From Camelus dromedarius (Eukaryota): a DNA stretch of 64,000 nt. The position numbers were made by a program, and so were the translations under genes. Below the pieces are notes generated by a model. That model was not told where the DNA came from, ran no database searches, and was given only the letters and a program-made list of their open reading frames with translations. Positions within the stretch are counted from its first letter, which is position 1; the number at the start of each line of letters is the position of its first letter. Where the stretch lies: NCBI RefSeq assembly GCF_036321535.1, contig NC_087437.1, forward strand, positions 11,968,001-12,032,000. Direction: 5' to 3'. Positions 11,006 through 21,795 of the stretch are shown piece by piece.

Positions 11006-11962
11006 CAGCCATTCTGTATGTCACCCTTGAGCTGGCCTGTGTGGAGGTAAGTCAGGATTCCCCAGAGCCACTTACGCTGCAGATGGGCTACTTGGCCCTA
11101 CCAAATTCAGAGAGAATTTCAGGGCCATCTCTAAGGCTTTAGGATTGTGGGTTTTGCCTACAAATATAGAGTATTAACAAGTCTCTACCCTTCTGGGTTG
11201 TAGACCTTTCACTCATCAAATCCAAATACTCTTTAAAAAGAATTGTTCTCTACAAGGGCAGGTGACTGCTGTTGACCCATGAATAGAACGTTCTGAAGCC
11301 TATTGATTTCTCAGTTTGTGTTTTGAGTATGATGTAATATTTTTCCTTGTTTGGGCTGAGCATCTGAAAATGCCCTGGGATGGTGTATGTCTCATTTTTG
11401 GTCTTGTCTTTGCCTCACAAATGGCACATTTGTCCTTGGGTTTACAGCTGTGGTCGACCACGGGGCCCTTTGCTTTCTGCAGCGTTTCTGCTTTTCAGCA
11501 TAATGAGTTTTGCTTTATCCATAACCTCCTTTACTAATTGCAACACAGCAGCATTCTGTATCCCATCTGTTTCCATGATTGATTGTCTAAATTTTACTTC
11601 AGGATGTCCTAGAGAGTTACTTTAAAAAAAAAAAATCCAGCTTTAGTGTGACCTTTAAGATCATCATAAATTGTGTTTACACGTTGTGACCACCCAAAGC
11701 ACAAGAAATAATTTATTTGATGTTGATTATGTGATTTCTCCTTACTCCCCACTTGGGAGGGGCATGCATTGAATTTATTGCCTTGTGATGCCTACTGCAT
11801 TCTGCTTACATACCCATGGTCAGTCTTCTTGTCTCTGTACCTTACCTGCTCATGGACAGAGGGCGATGTGGCTATGCCTGTGGCAGAGCTTGGTAATCGC
11901 TTTCAAGAAGCTGCTGGTCATAGGAATTTCTGATGATGTATCAAGTTGTCTGGATGGAGAGT

Positions 11963-12415
11963 TGTTACCAAATGCAAGTCCATGAAGCCAAACTGAAACA
12001 GAGTTTGGAGTAGAGAAAGGTTTATTGCAAGGCTGAGCAAGGAGGATGGGGTGGCTCGTGCCCAAGAAAACCCTGAACTCCTTGAAGGGTTTCAGCAAAG
12101 CATATTTAAAGGCCAGGTGAGCAGGTTGGGGTGGGGCTCACAGGTACGTGATCAGCTTGTGCACAATTCTCTGGTTGATGTTGAGGTAACAGGGTCATCA
12201 ACACTACCAACCTCTAGGTGCCAGTGGATCTGGGGGCCACGTGCTCTCAATCAAGTAGTTAATTTCTTCCATTTGGTCGTGGCTTTTAGCATCTGGAAAA
12301 CTGAGGAAATATGCGTAAGATACTATTATCTGAGTGCTTCAGAGAGGAGCTACAGGAGAAGATACAGGGGAGGGGTCTATCCCGGGAAGGCCACACAGGG
12401 TCCTGCTCAGTTTCT
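11963..12415 (-). mobile_element. Near full-length solo ERV LTR (same family as the 8.1-8.8 kb arms)
   Basis: Minus strand starts '(a)gaaactgagcaggaccctgtg', ends 'tttggtaaca', contains AATAAA. No clean TSD. Confidence 0.85.
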
Positions 12416-13980
12416 TGGTTAATCCTCATTATTCACTGTAGTTATTGTCTCTAAAGGACCACAAACCCTAAGTTAATGAATACTCGACAATTGTCCCTAG
12501 GGGATAGACGGGGTTGGGTTCCTGGTCTTATAGTCACGACATTTTTTGTCAACTGATCCATGTATAACCTTGTGTTATGTGTGTTTCTGTTTTAAGACAC
12601 CTTGTTTATTTAAAATTTTTTATTAAAGTGAAGTTGATTTACAATAGTAGTTTCAGGTGTACAGCAAAGTGATTCAGTTATACATATACATACATATATA
12701 TATTTTCTTTTCAGATTCTTTTTCATTATATGTTATTACAAGAAATTGAATATAGTTCCCTGTGCTATACAGTAAGTCCTTGTTGTTTATCTATTTTATA
12801 TATAGAGATGTGTGTCTGTTAATCCCCAACCCCTAATTTATCCCTCCCCACCCTTTCCTCTGTGGTAACCATAGTTTGTTTTCTATGTCTGTGAGTCTGT
12901 TTTTGGTTTGTAAATAGAATTTGTATCATTTTTTTTTTGGTTTCCATATATAAGTGATATCATATGATATTTTTCTTTCTTTGTCTGACTTTATTTCACT
13001 CAATATGATGATCTCTAGGTCCATCCATGTTGTAAATGGAATAATTTCATTCTTTTTTATGGTGGAGCAATATTCCATTGTATAAATATACCACATATTC
13101 TTTATCCAGACATCTCTTGATGGACATTTAGGTTTTTTTCCCATGTCTTGGCTATTGTAAATAGTGCTGCTGTGAACACTGAGTAGCAGGTGTCTTTTCA
13201 AATTATAGTTTTCTCCGGATATATGCCCAGAAGTGGGATTGCTGGATCATATGGTAAGTCTTATTTTTAGTTTTCTGAGGAACATGCATACTGTCCTCCA
13301 TAGTGGCTACATTCCCACCAACAGTGTAGGAGGGTTCCTTTTTCTCCACACCCTCTCCAGCATTTATTTTTTGTAGACTTTTTAATGATGGCCTGACTGG
13401 TGTGAGGTGATACCTCATTGTAGTTTGGATTTACATTCCTCTAATAATTAGCAATATTGAGTGTCCTTTCATGTGCCTGTTGGCCTTCTGGATGTCTCCT
13501 TTGAAGAAATGTCTATTTAGGTCAAGACACCTTTTTTAATATACATTGTTGACTCATTAAGACTGGCCTCAACTGCAACTCCTGCCTGAATGTAGCTTAT
13601 CTAATACGTCCATTTGCTCTATGAGGCTCATTGCAGCCTTCCTGCCTTTAGGACCACTAGATCGCACTGTGACACTATGCTTAGGGGCCAGTTTAAATAG
13701 CAACATCAACAAAAAGCACTAAAAAATGTGAAAATTGTGACATTAAAAAGACCTGGAAAAGGACACTTATTCACTGTGTGAGAAGGGAAAGGAGAAGGCA
13801 GAATGTTGCCTTGTCCACCTCTGCTGATGTGTCCATAGTATGACTCAAATTTTTTATGGCTTTGGGCATATTCACAAATGACAGTGAACATACCATAGGT
13901 ATTGATTTTAGGATTACAGATAAATTTTACTGAGTAGACAAATTTCACAAATAGGGACTCTACAAATAATGAAGACTACC
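12416..13980 (-). mobile_element. MER82-like TcMar-Tigger element, split by an L1 (parts 12416-12609 and 13524-13980)
   Basis: Inverted termini 'tcctcattattc' / 'aaataatgaaga'. The sequence is continuous once the L1 is removed. Confidence 0.75.
12610..13523 (-). mobile_element. L1 3' end (cetartiodactyl-type), 5'-truncated
   Basis: ORF2 C-terminal remnants ([18 protein letters not shown]), 3'UTR 'tgctatacagta..tccttgttgtttatctattttat'. TSD core 'aagacacctt' at 12594-12603 and 13524-13533. Confidence 0.92.
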
Positions 13981-15714
13981 TAGATATTGTTATATGACCA
14001 TATTCTGGGTTGCTGGGTCTGGTTAGTCTATGAAAGGACAAGAACTCATTGACTCTGCTGTCCCGTGGCAGGGTAAAGACCTTTGCTTCAGCTGTTGAAC
14101 AACTGCTGGAAATGTGGTGGTTGAGGTCTGCCTTTCATGTGAATGAAGATACACCATCACTCTGACAACACCTTCTCATATACCAGTATCCAGAGCCCTC
14201 ATTTATGAACAAACATGGCAGCAGGCTTTCGTTGGGTACCATATTCAAGGCCCTAAGGCCAATACACGAATCCCTGTATTTTAAGGAGCTTGCAGTCTCC
14301 ATGCGAAAGGAGGCTCGGATACAACATGGTAAACATTAAGTGCCTAACAGGCAGTACAGACAATAGGTGTTAGAGAATTTCAGGCCCACCCAGGGTTGAT
14401 TAGGTTTTCTTTCCCAATAGACTGCAAATTCCACGTTTGTCTTTTTACCATGGTGTCCCAGTGGCTAGCATATAATGGGGACTGAAAAAGTATCTTTTGA
14501 ATAGACATGGAAGTATTTGAGCTGGTCTCTCTATGCCTTACTTAGATCAGTTTTGCAAACTCTGCTTGACAAATTTCCATGGGATATTTATACTTTGAGT
14601 AGCAACGATCTATATCACCAGGTATTCTAAAACAGAAGAGGGAAACAAGTGTTCATTAGCTAACCACGTGGGTCCAATAGGCCAAAAATGACTCTGAAAG
14701 GAATAAAGCTGTCTATTCTGAAATGTTGGGGATTTCTAATCAGTGTTCAGAGCATCTCCAAGACAGAGGAAAACTAGGCTTTGAGACAGTAGAATGACCT
14801 TTTAAATGACAGTGAACAGAGCAGATGGATTCATGATTGGTGGTAGGAGAGTGGGTAGATCAAGAAGTGTAAGCCAGAGAAAAGTGAGTTAATGATTTTG
14901 AGCTGGAGCAGTTCCAACCAAGGACTTCGGCCATCACCTTCTGCCAGCAGCCAGTTTGTAATGGCAGGTGTGCCGGATGAAACGTCAGTACTCTTCGATC
15001 ATAGACAGGACTTCAGAAACTGCAATAAATGTGTTTTGAGCACTCAGACATGAACAGCAGTTGTCAGAATTCACATCTGTAGACAGTAGCAAGTGATTCA
15101 GTACAGTTAATAAAAACCATTCAGCAATTTCATTGCTATGAAGTATGTTCCATTTGAGTTTTGATTGTCATAAATATCTTGCTAGTTAAATCCTGAATCA
15201 AAACTGCAACTATGGGATTTAACATCTGAAGAGAAGATTTCGAGATGAAATTGTTCTCTAGAACTTCAGTTTAATTTCTTCAAAAGGAAATCTGTAGTTA
15301 TTAGAAAGAGTTGAATTTATTGTTTCTGAACTCCTCTCTTTAATGACATTAGCAGAAGTGTCTTGGCCATACTTGTAAGAAGAAACCTGTGCTTATATTT
15401 CAAATATGTCTTAACTTCTGCATGAATAACTCTTTGAGTTCTCTGTTATGCACATCTGGCATTGAATTCAGATCCTGCCATCTGCTTGCTGGGGTTCCAC
15501 GGGCAACAGTTTAATTTTTCTGAGCCTTATTTCTTCATTTGTAAATATTGATAATATCTGTATTCCCTATAGATAATATCTCATTGTGTTAATGATTGGT
15601 TAACAGTTATATATTTAAAGAACATAACATTTATTGAGGGACTACCCTATGTAAGGTGTATTTTTATATTTGTGGTATAAATTTGAAATCACTCTTATTT
15701 GAACATTTAGAGTG

Positions 15715-17124
15715 AACCAAAGACCGGCAATTACAAGTGTCGGAGAGGATGTGGAGAAGCTGGGACCCCCTTACGTTGCTGGTGGGACTGTAATATGACA
15801 CAGCCACTTTGGAAAACAGTTTAGTGTTTTCTTAAAATGTAAAAGATAGATTTACCATATGACCCAGAAATTCTACTTCTAGGAATCTACCCGAGGGAAA
15901 TGAAAATGTGGCCCCATAAAGGCTGGTACACAGATGTTCACAGCAGCATTCTTCCTGATAACCAAAACAAAACAAAAGCCCATCAACTGGTGAGTGGATA
16001 AACAAATTGCCATGCCTCTAGACAATGAATACCATTTGGCAATAAAAAGGAATGAAATTCTGATAAAGGCTACAGCATGCATGAACCTCAAAAACAGTAT
16101 GCTAGGTGAAGAGGGCCAGGCACAAAAGACTGCACATTGTGTGATTCCATTTATATGGAATTTCTGTAGAAGGCAAATCTAGAGACAGCAAGTGAATTAG
16201 GAGTTGACTGGGGCTGGTGGCAGGTAACTGCAGATGGGCTTGAGGTTTCTCTTTGGGATGATGGAAATGGTCTAAAATTCAACAGTGGTGATAGCTACAC
16301 GGCTCTGCAAATTTACCAAACATCATTACATTGTACACTCAAATGGGTGAATTTGAAACCAAGTCTCCCTGCAGCTGAGTTTCTCTGCTGAGTTTATGAT
16401 GAAACTCTCTATCCAAACCCTTTTCCCCTTTCTTGTCCTTCACCTATTCCCTATCAAGATTGAGGAGTATCAGACAAAGAGGGGACTGAAATGGTGCAGG
16501 ACCCTGTGGAGCCCTGCTGGGTAAAAAAGTGTTTCTGTGTCCCCCATTTCTTGTTTGTACGCCTTCCCTGAGTTCCAAAGGGCTGATTCAAACAGTTACT
16601 AATTAGAGAAGTGAAGGAATATGAAAACAGGGAGAGCAGTCAAGAAACAATAGTGCGGCGATAAAGCAGAATCCTGGTTCCAACTCATGGGAGATAAATA
16701 ACAATATAATACATATCTTCGAGTTCTTCTGCAGGACGTAAGCTTCCACCCAGGTGGAGGGTGGTAACTTCAGGCTGAGCACAAGCACATAGACTCCAGA
16801 CTGGTTAAAACCAGAAGGCTGATGGTTGAGATTCCTGAAACACCACCCGGTTACCTCCCCACCAAACAGTCAGAGGATGCTCACACACCCTGCCACCCTT
16901 CCCCCAAAATTTGCCTTAAAAACTCTTCCCTGAATACCATCAGGGAGTTTGGGTCTTCTGAACATGAGCCACCTGTCCTCCTTGCTTGACCCTGCAATAA
17001 ACCCTTCTCTGCACCAAACTCAGAAGTATCAGTTTGACTTCACCATGCGTCAGGCACATGAACTTGGGTTTGACCATGAATTTCACAGCATGTAAATTGT
17101 AACTCAGTAATGCTGCTTTTTAAG
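15715..17124 (+). mobile_element. Old L1M (L1MB-like) 3' end, interrupted at 16354-17076
   Basis: 'accatatgacccagaaattctacttctagg', 'gtgattccatttatatggaa'. The tail 'gtgaatttcacagcatgtaaattg' is reconstituted when the insert is removed. Confidence 0.85.
16354..17076 (+). mobile_element. ERV remnant: short leader + polypurine tract + LTR (16487-17076)
   Basis: TG...CA ends, exact TSD 'tgaatt' (16348-16353, 17077-17082), AATAAA near 16996. The 3' part resembles the 8441-8782 LTR. Confidence 0.8.
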
Positions 17125-18246
17125 ATTTTGATGATTTCCACATATGTTCTCATTGTTGTAAGATGAAGACAATCAGTGAAATACCTTTTCACTTCCTGAA
17201 ATGTGTTGGAGTCTCCCAGCGATCGTGAATGCTTCAGCTTTCTCAATTCAGTAGGCAAGCTTAACCCTGAAACTAATAGCCCGCAGGCACTGGCCGAGGA
17301 TACTAATATCTGAAAACGATAGAAAGTCCAGTCAGTAAATGCAAATCAATAACACTGGCTGATGATACTACACGAGTAGAATGGGATTTGTAAGATGGAG
17401 TGTCTTCACTTTAGCCATTAAACTTCTCACTCACCAGTTCTTCATTAAGCACCTGTCTTAAGCAGGGCAATTGAATCTGAGATATCAGGCAGGTTTGAAT
17501 TATGGAGATCAACTGCCCATTGCTGGCCTTGGGCACAGGTTAAAAGGAACTGAATTTAATATTCCCCTGGAAAATGATAGAAGGAGAGGTAATTGGATAC
17601 CATCTTAAAGAGAAGGAACCACTGCCACAGATGAGGTTATAGAAGCACAGGTGTATTCGAGAAGATACCCCAAGTCCCAGGTGTTAAAAATGCCAGGGAA
17701 CTCACTGAAGCATCAGATTTAAGAACTAAGTGTATATGTGTTTATGTGTGTCTGTAGGTGTGTGTGTGAATTCTCTGGCCTTACTTTTTCACAATGGGAA
17801 TTGCTTGACAGGTGCTTGTCAGACCATGCAGTTGCATCATAAATAAATAAATGAAAAATGCAGGGACTTGCATTTGGCTGGTTTTTTGGGAGGATCTCGC
17901 TGTGGAGGCGTAACTTGAGCACTTGCGGGCAGACAGTGACGTGTGCCTGGGCCCACTCATGGTTCCCACCAGACCTCCTTAAGAGCTGAGGAGTCAGTGG
18001 GAAGAGAAGAGGTCTCACAGTTGCTTCCAGAACAACGTTCAACAAACAAAAAAAATTCTTGTTTCTCAGTGTCTGTTACAAGGATCATTGGTATATAAGA
18101 ATCACCTTGTTGGGGCTAGGATAGGGGGACTCTTACTGAAAAATTAGACACTTAAGTGACTATGTGTGCCACACTCTGTTGCTGGGGAAACAACAGTGAG
18201 TGAAAGGGACCAAGATCCCTGCCTTGTGGAGTGTTCCTTCTACTAA

Positions 18247-18433
18247 CCTGTTCTCTAAGAGTGGGTGATGGGCCAACAGCGTCTCCGTTACTTGAGTACC
18301 CAGTAGCATGTAAATTGTCATGCCCCACACTGCACCTACTTAACAAGTCAGAAAGTTTGGGGGTACAGTCCGACAATATAATTTTTAACAATCCCTGCAG
18401 GTGTTGATGCATGCTAGAGTTTGAGATGCATTC
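18247..18433. mobile_element. MER5A-like hAT element
   Basis: 'tttttaacaatccctgcaggtg...agagtttgaga'. Confidence 0.6.
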
Positions 18434-18441
18434 TTCTCAGG

Positions 18442-18658
18442 CAGGGTTTCACAACCTCGGCAATACTGACATTTGTGGCTGGATAATTGTGTGTTATGGT
18501 GGGCCATCCTAGGAGTGCATGGCAGGATCTTGAAAACATGAAATGCCAAGTAGCTCCCTTGCCTCAGTTCTGACAATAAAACAATGTATCCAGATAATAG
18601 AAGTGGTTTCCGGGGGGGGGGGGGGGGGGGGCAGGAGCATCCCGGATGAGAACTAGTG
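18442..18658. mobile_element. MER20 (hAT-Charlie) with expanded G20 run
   Basis: 'cagggtttcacaacctcggcaatactgacatttgtggctggataatt...gagaactagtg'. G run at 18612-18631. Confidence 0.8.
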
Positions 18659-18666
18659 CCTTAGGA

Positions 18667-18798
18667 CATGGCTATTCAAATGGCTTGCTGACCACCATTA
18701 CCATCACTTCAATCAAATTTCTGGGGCAGGAATGAGAAATCTGTGTTTTAGTAAGTCTTTCTGGTGATTCTTATGCAGCCCGGGTTTGAGAAACACCT
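18667..18798. mobile_element. MER5-family hAT element
   Basis: 'aatctgtgttttagtaag...ggtgattcttatgca...tttgagaaacac'. Confidence 0.6.
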
Positions 18799-18799
18799 G

Positions 18800-19200
18800 G
18801 AAGGACAGGCAAGAAACAAATACGTACACATGCATAAATCACTTGGAGTGATTGGTGTGCTACATGTAAAATTTGTAAGATGGAGTGTCTTCACTTCATC
18901 CATTAAATGCCATGCTTTGGAAGGATAGGGGAGATAGGGAAGGAGAACAGGGTGTTCTAGGGGAGGCGAAGGTTATAATTTTAAATAATATGTTCATGGA
19001 AGTTCTCACTGAGGAGGTGAAACTTCATCAAAGACTGAAGGAAGTGAAGGGTGATGGGGAAGAACCCTTCAGGCATAGAGAAGAAAAACAACAAAGGTCC
19101 TGCGGCAGCCATGTGTCTAGTAGGTTCAGAGGACAGTAAGTACCCAGAGTGAGGGGACATTGGGGAAAGTCCTCTTCACTTTAGAGGGGACAGTGAGGAA
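18800..19200 (-). mobile_element. L2 fragment (continues 18150-18245)
   Basis: 'ggaagttctcactgaggaggtgaaacttcatcaaagactgaaggaagtgaagg'. Confidence 0.6.
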
Positions 19201-20242
19201 AGTTGTTAGGGAAAAGGTGTGAGTAATAATAAATGAATGAATGAATGAATGAACTTACCTGTTTCTGGATTTGGCTTCTGCCCATACTAGCTATATTTTT
19301 TTGAGTATATTCTGTGGTCTTTTTGGATTTCTGCTTTCTCTTCTGTAAAGCAGGACTAATACTTGCCCTCTGTAGGTCTGCTCTGAAAAATAAAATCTTT
19401 GAATGAAGGTAAACTTTTGAGAAGAGATTGTGTACATTCATATTTCTGAAATTCCAGTGCTTGGCACGTTACATTGCTCAAAGTACATGATCAATATATA
19501 TCACACACACTGTAAATAAAACAAGCAAATAAACAAAAAACAGGAAAATTTAGACCTACCGTGTCAGAATCCCTGTGCTGGAGACTGGTAATCTGCATTT
19601 ATAGCAAGTTTCCCCAAAATGATTCTTGAATAGGTACAATATTTTGATAATCTTTATTCTTCTCATATGTTTGTATCTTGGTCCCCATTTAATTATTTGA
19701 AATGCCCTAGTAGTGGAATTTTCCAGGTGTGAAAATTAACACATGAGGTTCCAAAGGCCTTCCCAAGGAGAGGCCAGGTTGTAGACCTACTATGGCATGC
19801 TCAGGGAGTCATCCTGAGGGGTTTTTAACATCCTGGTGAGGTTTCCTGGGTTGAACATTCAGGAGACTACTTAGGGGGAACTAGTTCTTTTCCTTTTTTG
19901 GTTTGCTCAAGCCAATCAATAATATTAAGAAATAGAAATGCTTCTTGGTCCACTCTGTGATGAAAGGAACTCTGAGGTAAATAAGGTATTATGTCTGCCA
20001 TGATGTCCTTGAAGTTGGTTAAAGTCATCCAAGGCAAAATATTCCTTGATTTCTTGTACCCAGTTATCTAAGGCTTGTTTGTGTTTTTATTTGTTTTTGC
20101 ATTCAACCCACCTCTCCCTGATGCATTACCTGTGTCATTGTGCTTTGGTAACTTAATATGATAACCTTGAACTTCTGTAACTTCTTCCCTCCTAAATGTT
20201 CAGCGTTTAGGGTCATTTTTGGTCCTTAAAAAGAAACCATTC

Positions 20243-20579
20243 AAAGAGGGATTTTTAGGGCAAAGCAGTTGTTCTGTATGATACTATAGTGGTGGCTACA
20301 TGTCATTATGCATTTGTCAAAACCCATAGAATGTACAACATCAAGTGTGAATCCTAATGTAAACTGTGGACTTTGGTTGATAATAATGTGGCCATGTTGG
20401 TTCATCGATTGTACCAAATATGCCACACTGATGAGGGATGTTGAGGGGAGGGGATTATATATGTATGATTGGGGAGGGCTGTGTGCGAACTCTCTGTATT
20501 TTCTGTTCAATTCTGCTGTGAACCTGAAACTGCTCTAAAAAATAAAGTCTATTAATAAAAAAAGTAAATATAAAAAAAT
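20243..20579 (+). mobile_element. L1MC1-like 3' end
   Basis: 'gtcaaaacccatagaatgtacaaca...ctaatgtaaactgtggactttgg...aaactgctctaaaaaataaagtcta'. TSD core 'aaaccattc' at 20234-20242 and 20580-20588. Confidence 0.88.
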
Positions 20580-21326
20580 AAACCATTCTTCAACATGTTA
20601 CTCTTTGGTTATTTTGCTCAACTTTACTTGCCTTAGGGAGCCTCAGAGATTAAATCTTACCAAGTCTTGAAGCTGCAGTGGTTTAAACTGCTAGATTTTT
20701 CTGCCTTAATTTCCCCGCTGTGAGTTCAAGAGGTCAGACATGGTCTGAGGCAACACTTAAGGAGACTGTATCTCGAGAAAGTAATTGGGTTAGTTGGTTT
20801 CAATCTCTTTCCTTTTTTTTCTTTTCCCTACATTGAAATGATGGGGTGAGTGAGTGTCAAGATGAGTTTTAAATTGATTTATTTGGTTGAGAGAATGCAT
20901 CAAAGCTGAGGAGAAAATGCCTTCCCATCACTGAGTGACTGAGCTATGCCTGCAAGTTCATGGTGATGCCCAAGAGTGGAATTGAAACCCAAATAGTTTT
21001 GTTCTTATTTCACTTACATGTAAGTCTTATAAATTAATTACTCTGATCAATAAGATACATACATAAGCAATTTAAGGGAGTCAAAAAATGAAGGACGTTT
21101 ATCTTATAATGGGACTATCATTACATTTACTTCCCAGGGCAGGCCCAGGAAACATTGCAGTATCCTACCTCACACTTCACAGATTGGAGAAATGAGGAAA
21201 TGAGGATAAAAGTGTCTAGGTCTGTTCCAAACCAAAGCCGGTCACCTTCAGGAGTAGACACAACATAGTCACCAAGCTTTCCCCACTACTTGTCCACCAA
21301 GAAGCACTTTGAATTAAAGTTACTTC

Positions 21327-21535
21327 TAGGATTGTCAGAAAAAATATGGACTGCCCAGTTAAATTTGAATTTCAGATAATCAACAAATAACATTTTTAGT
21401 GTCTGTATATTCCAGGCATCATTTGGGGTATATTTATACTTGGGACATATTTAGGCTAAAAATATATTTGTTGTTTATCAGAAATTGAAATTTAATTAGG
21501 TGACCTGTGTTTTTATTTGTTAAATCTGGCAGTTG
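21327..21535. mobile_element. MER53 palindromic hAT MITE
   Basis: Arms 'cccagttaaatttgaatttcagataatcaacaaata' / 'tatttgttgtttatcagaaattgaaatttaattagg'. Confidence 0.8.
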
Positions 21536-21642
21536 GTTCTCTTTGGACTAATGCCATTGGACTTCCAGAATGTCCAGTTGTGGTCATTAAACTTCAGTCT
21601 AAGAGTATCTCTGGTTTGTAAATACAATTTGTATTTTTTTAG

Positions 21643-21795
21643 GGGGTGGGAGGGATAGATTAGGAATTTGGGATTAATAGATACACATTACTATATATAA
21701 AATAGATAAACAACAAGGACCTGCTGTATAGCACAGGGAACTATATTCAATTTCTTGTAATGAGCTGTAATGGAAAAGAATCTGAAAAAAAAAAA
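21643..21795 (+). mobile_element. L1 3'UTR fragment (cetartiodactyl-type)
   Basis: 'aaaatagataaacaacaaggacctgctgtatagcacagggaactatattcaa'. Ends at the internal A tract. Confidence 0.85.

Noticed and set aside
12926..13418. ORFs with L1 ORF2 C-terminal similarity (also 15994-16182, 57976-58264)
   Set aside because: Frameshifted remnants of 5'-truncated L1 copies.
14920..15021. Possible minus-strand exon after 'acatttattgcag'
   Set aside because: Stops in all three frames and no recognisable peptide.
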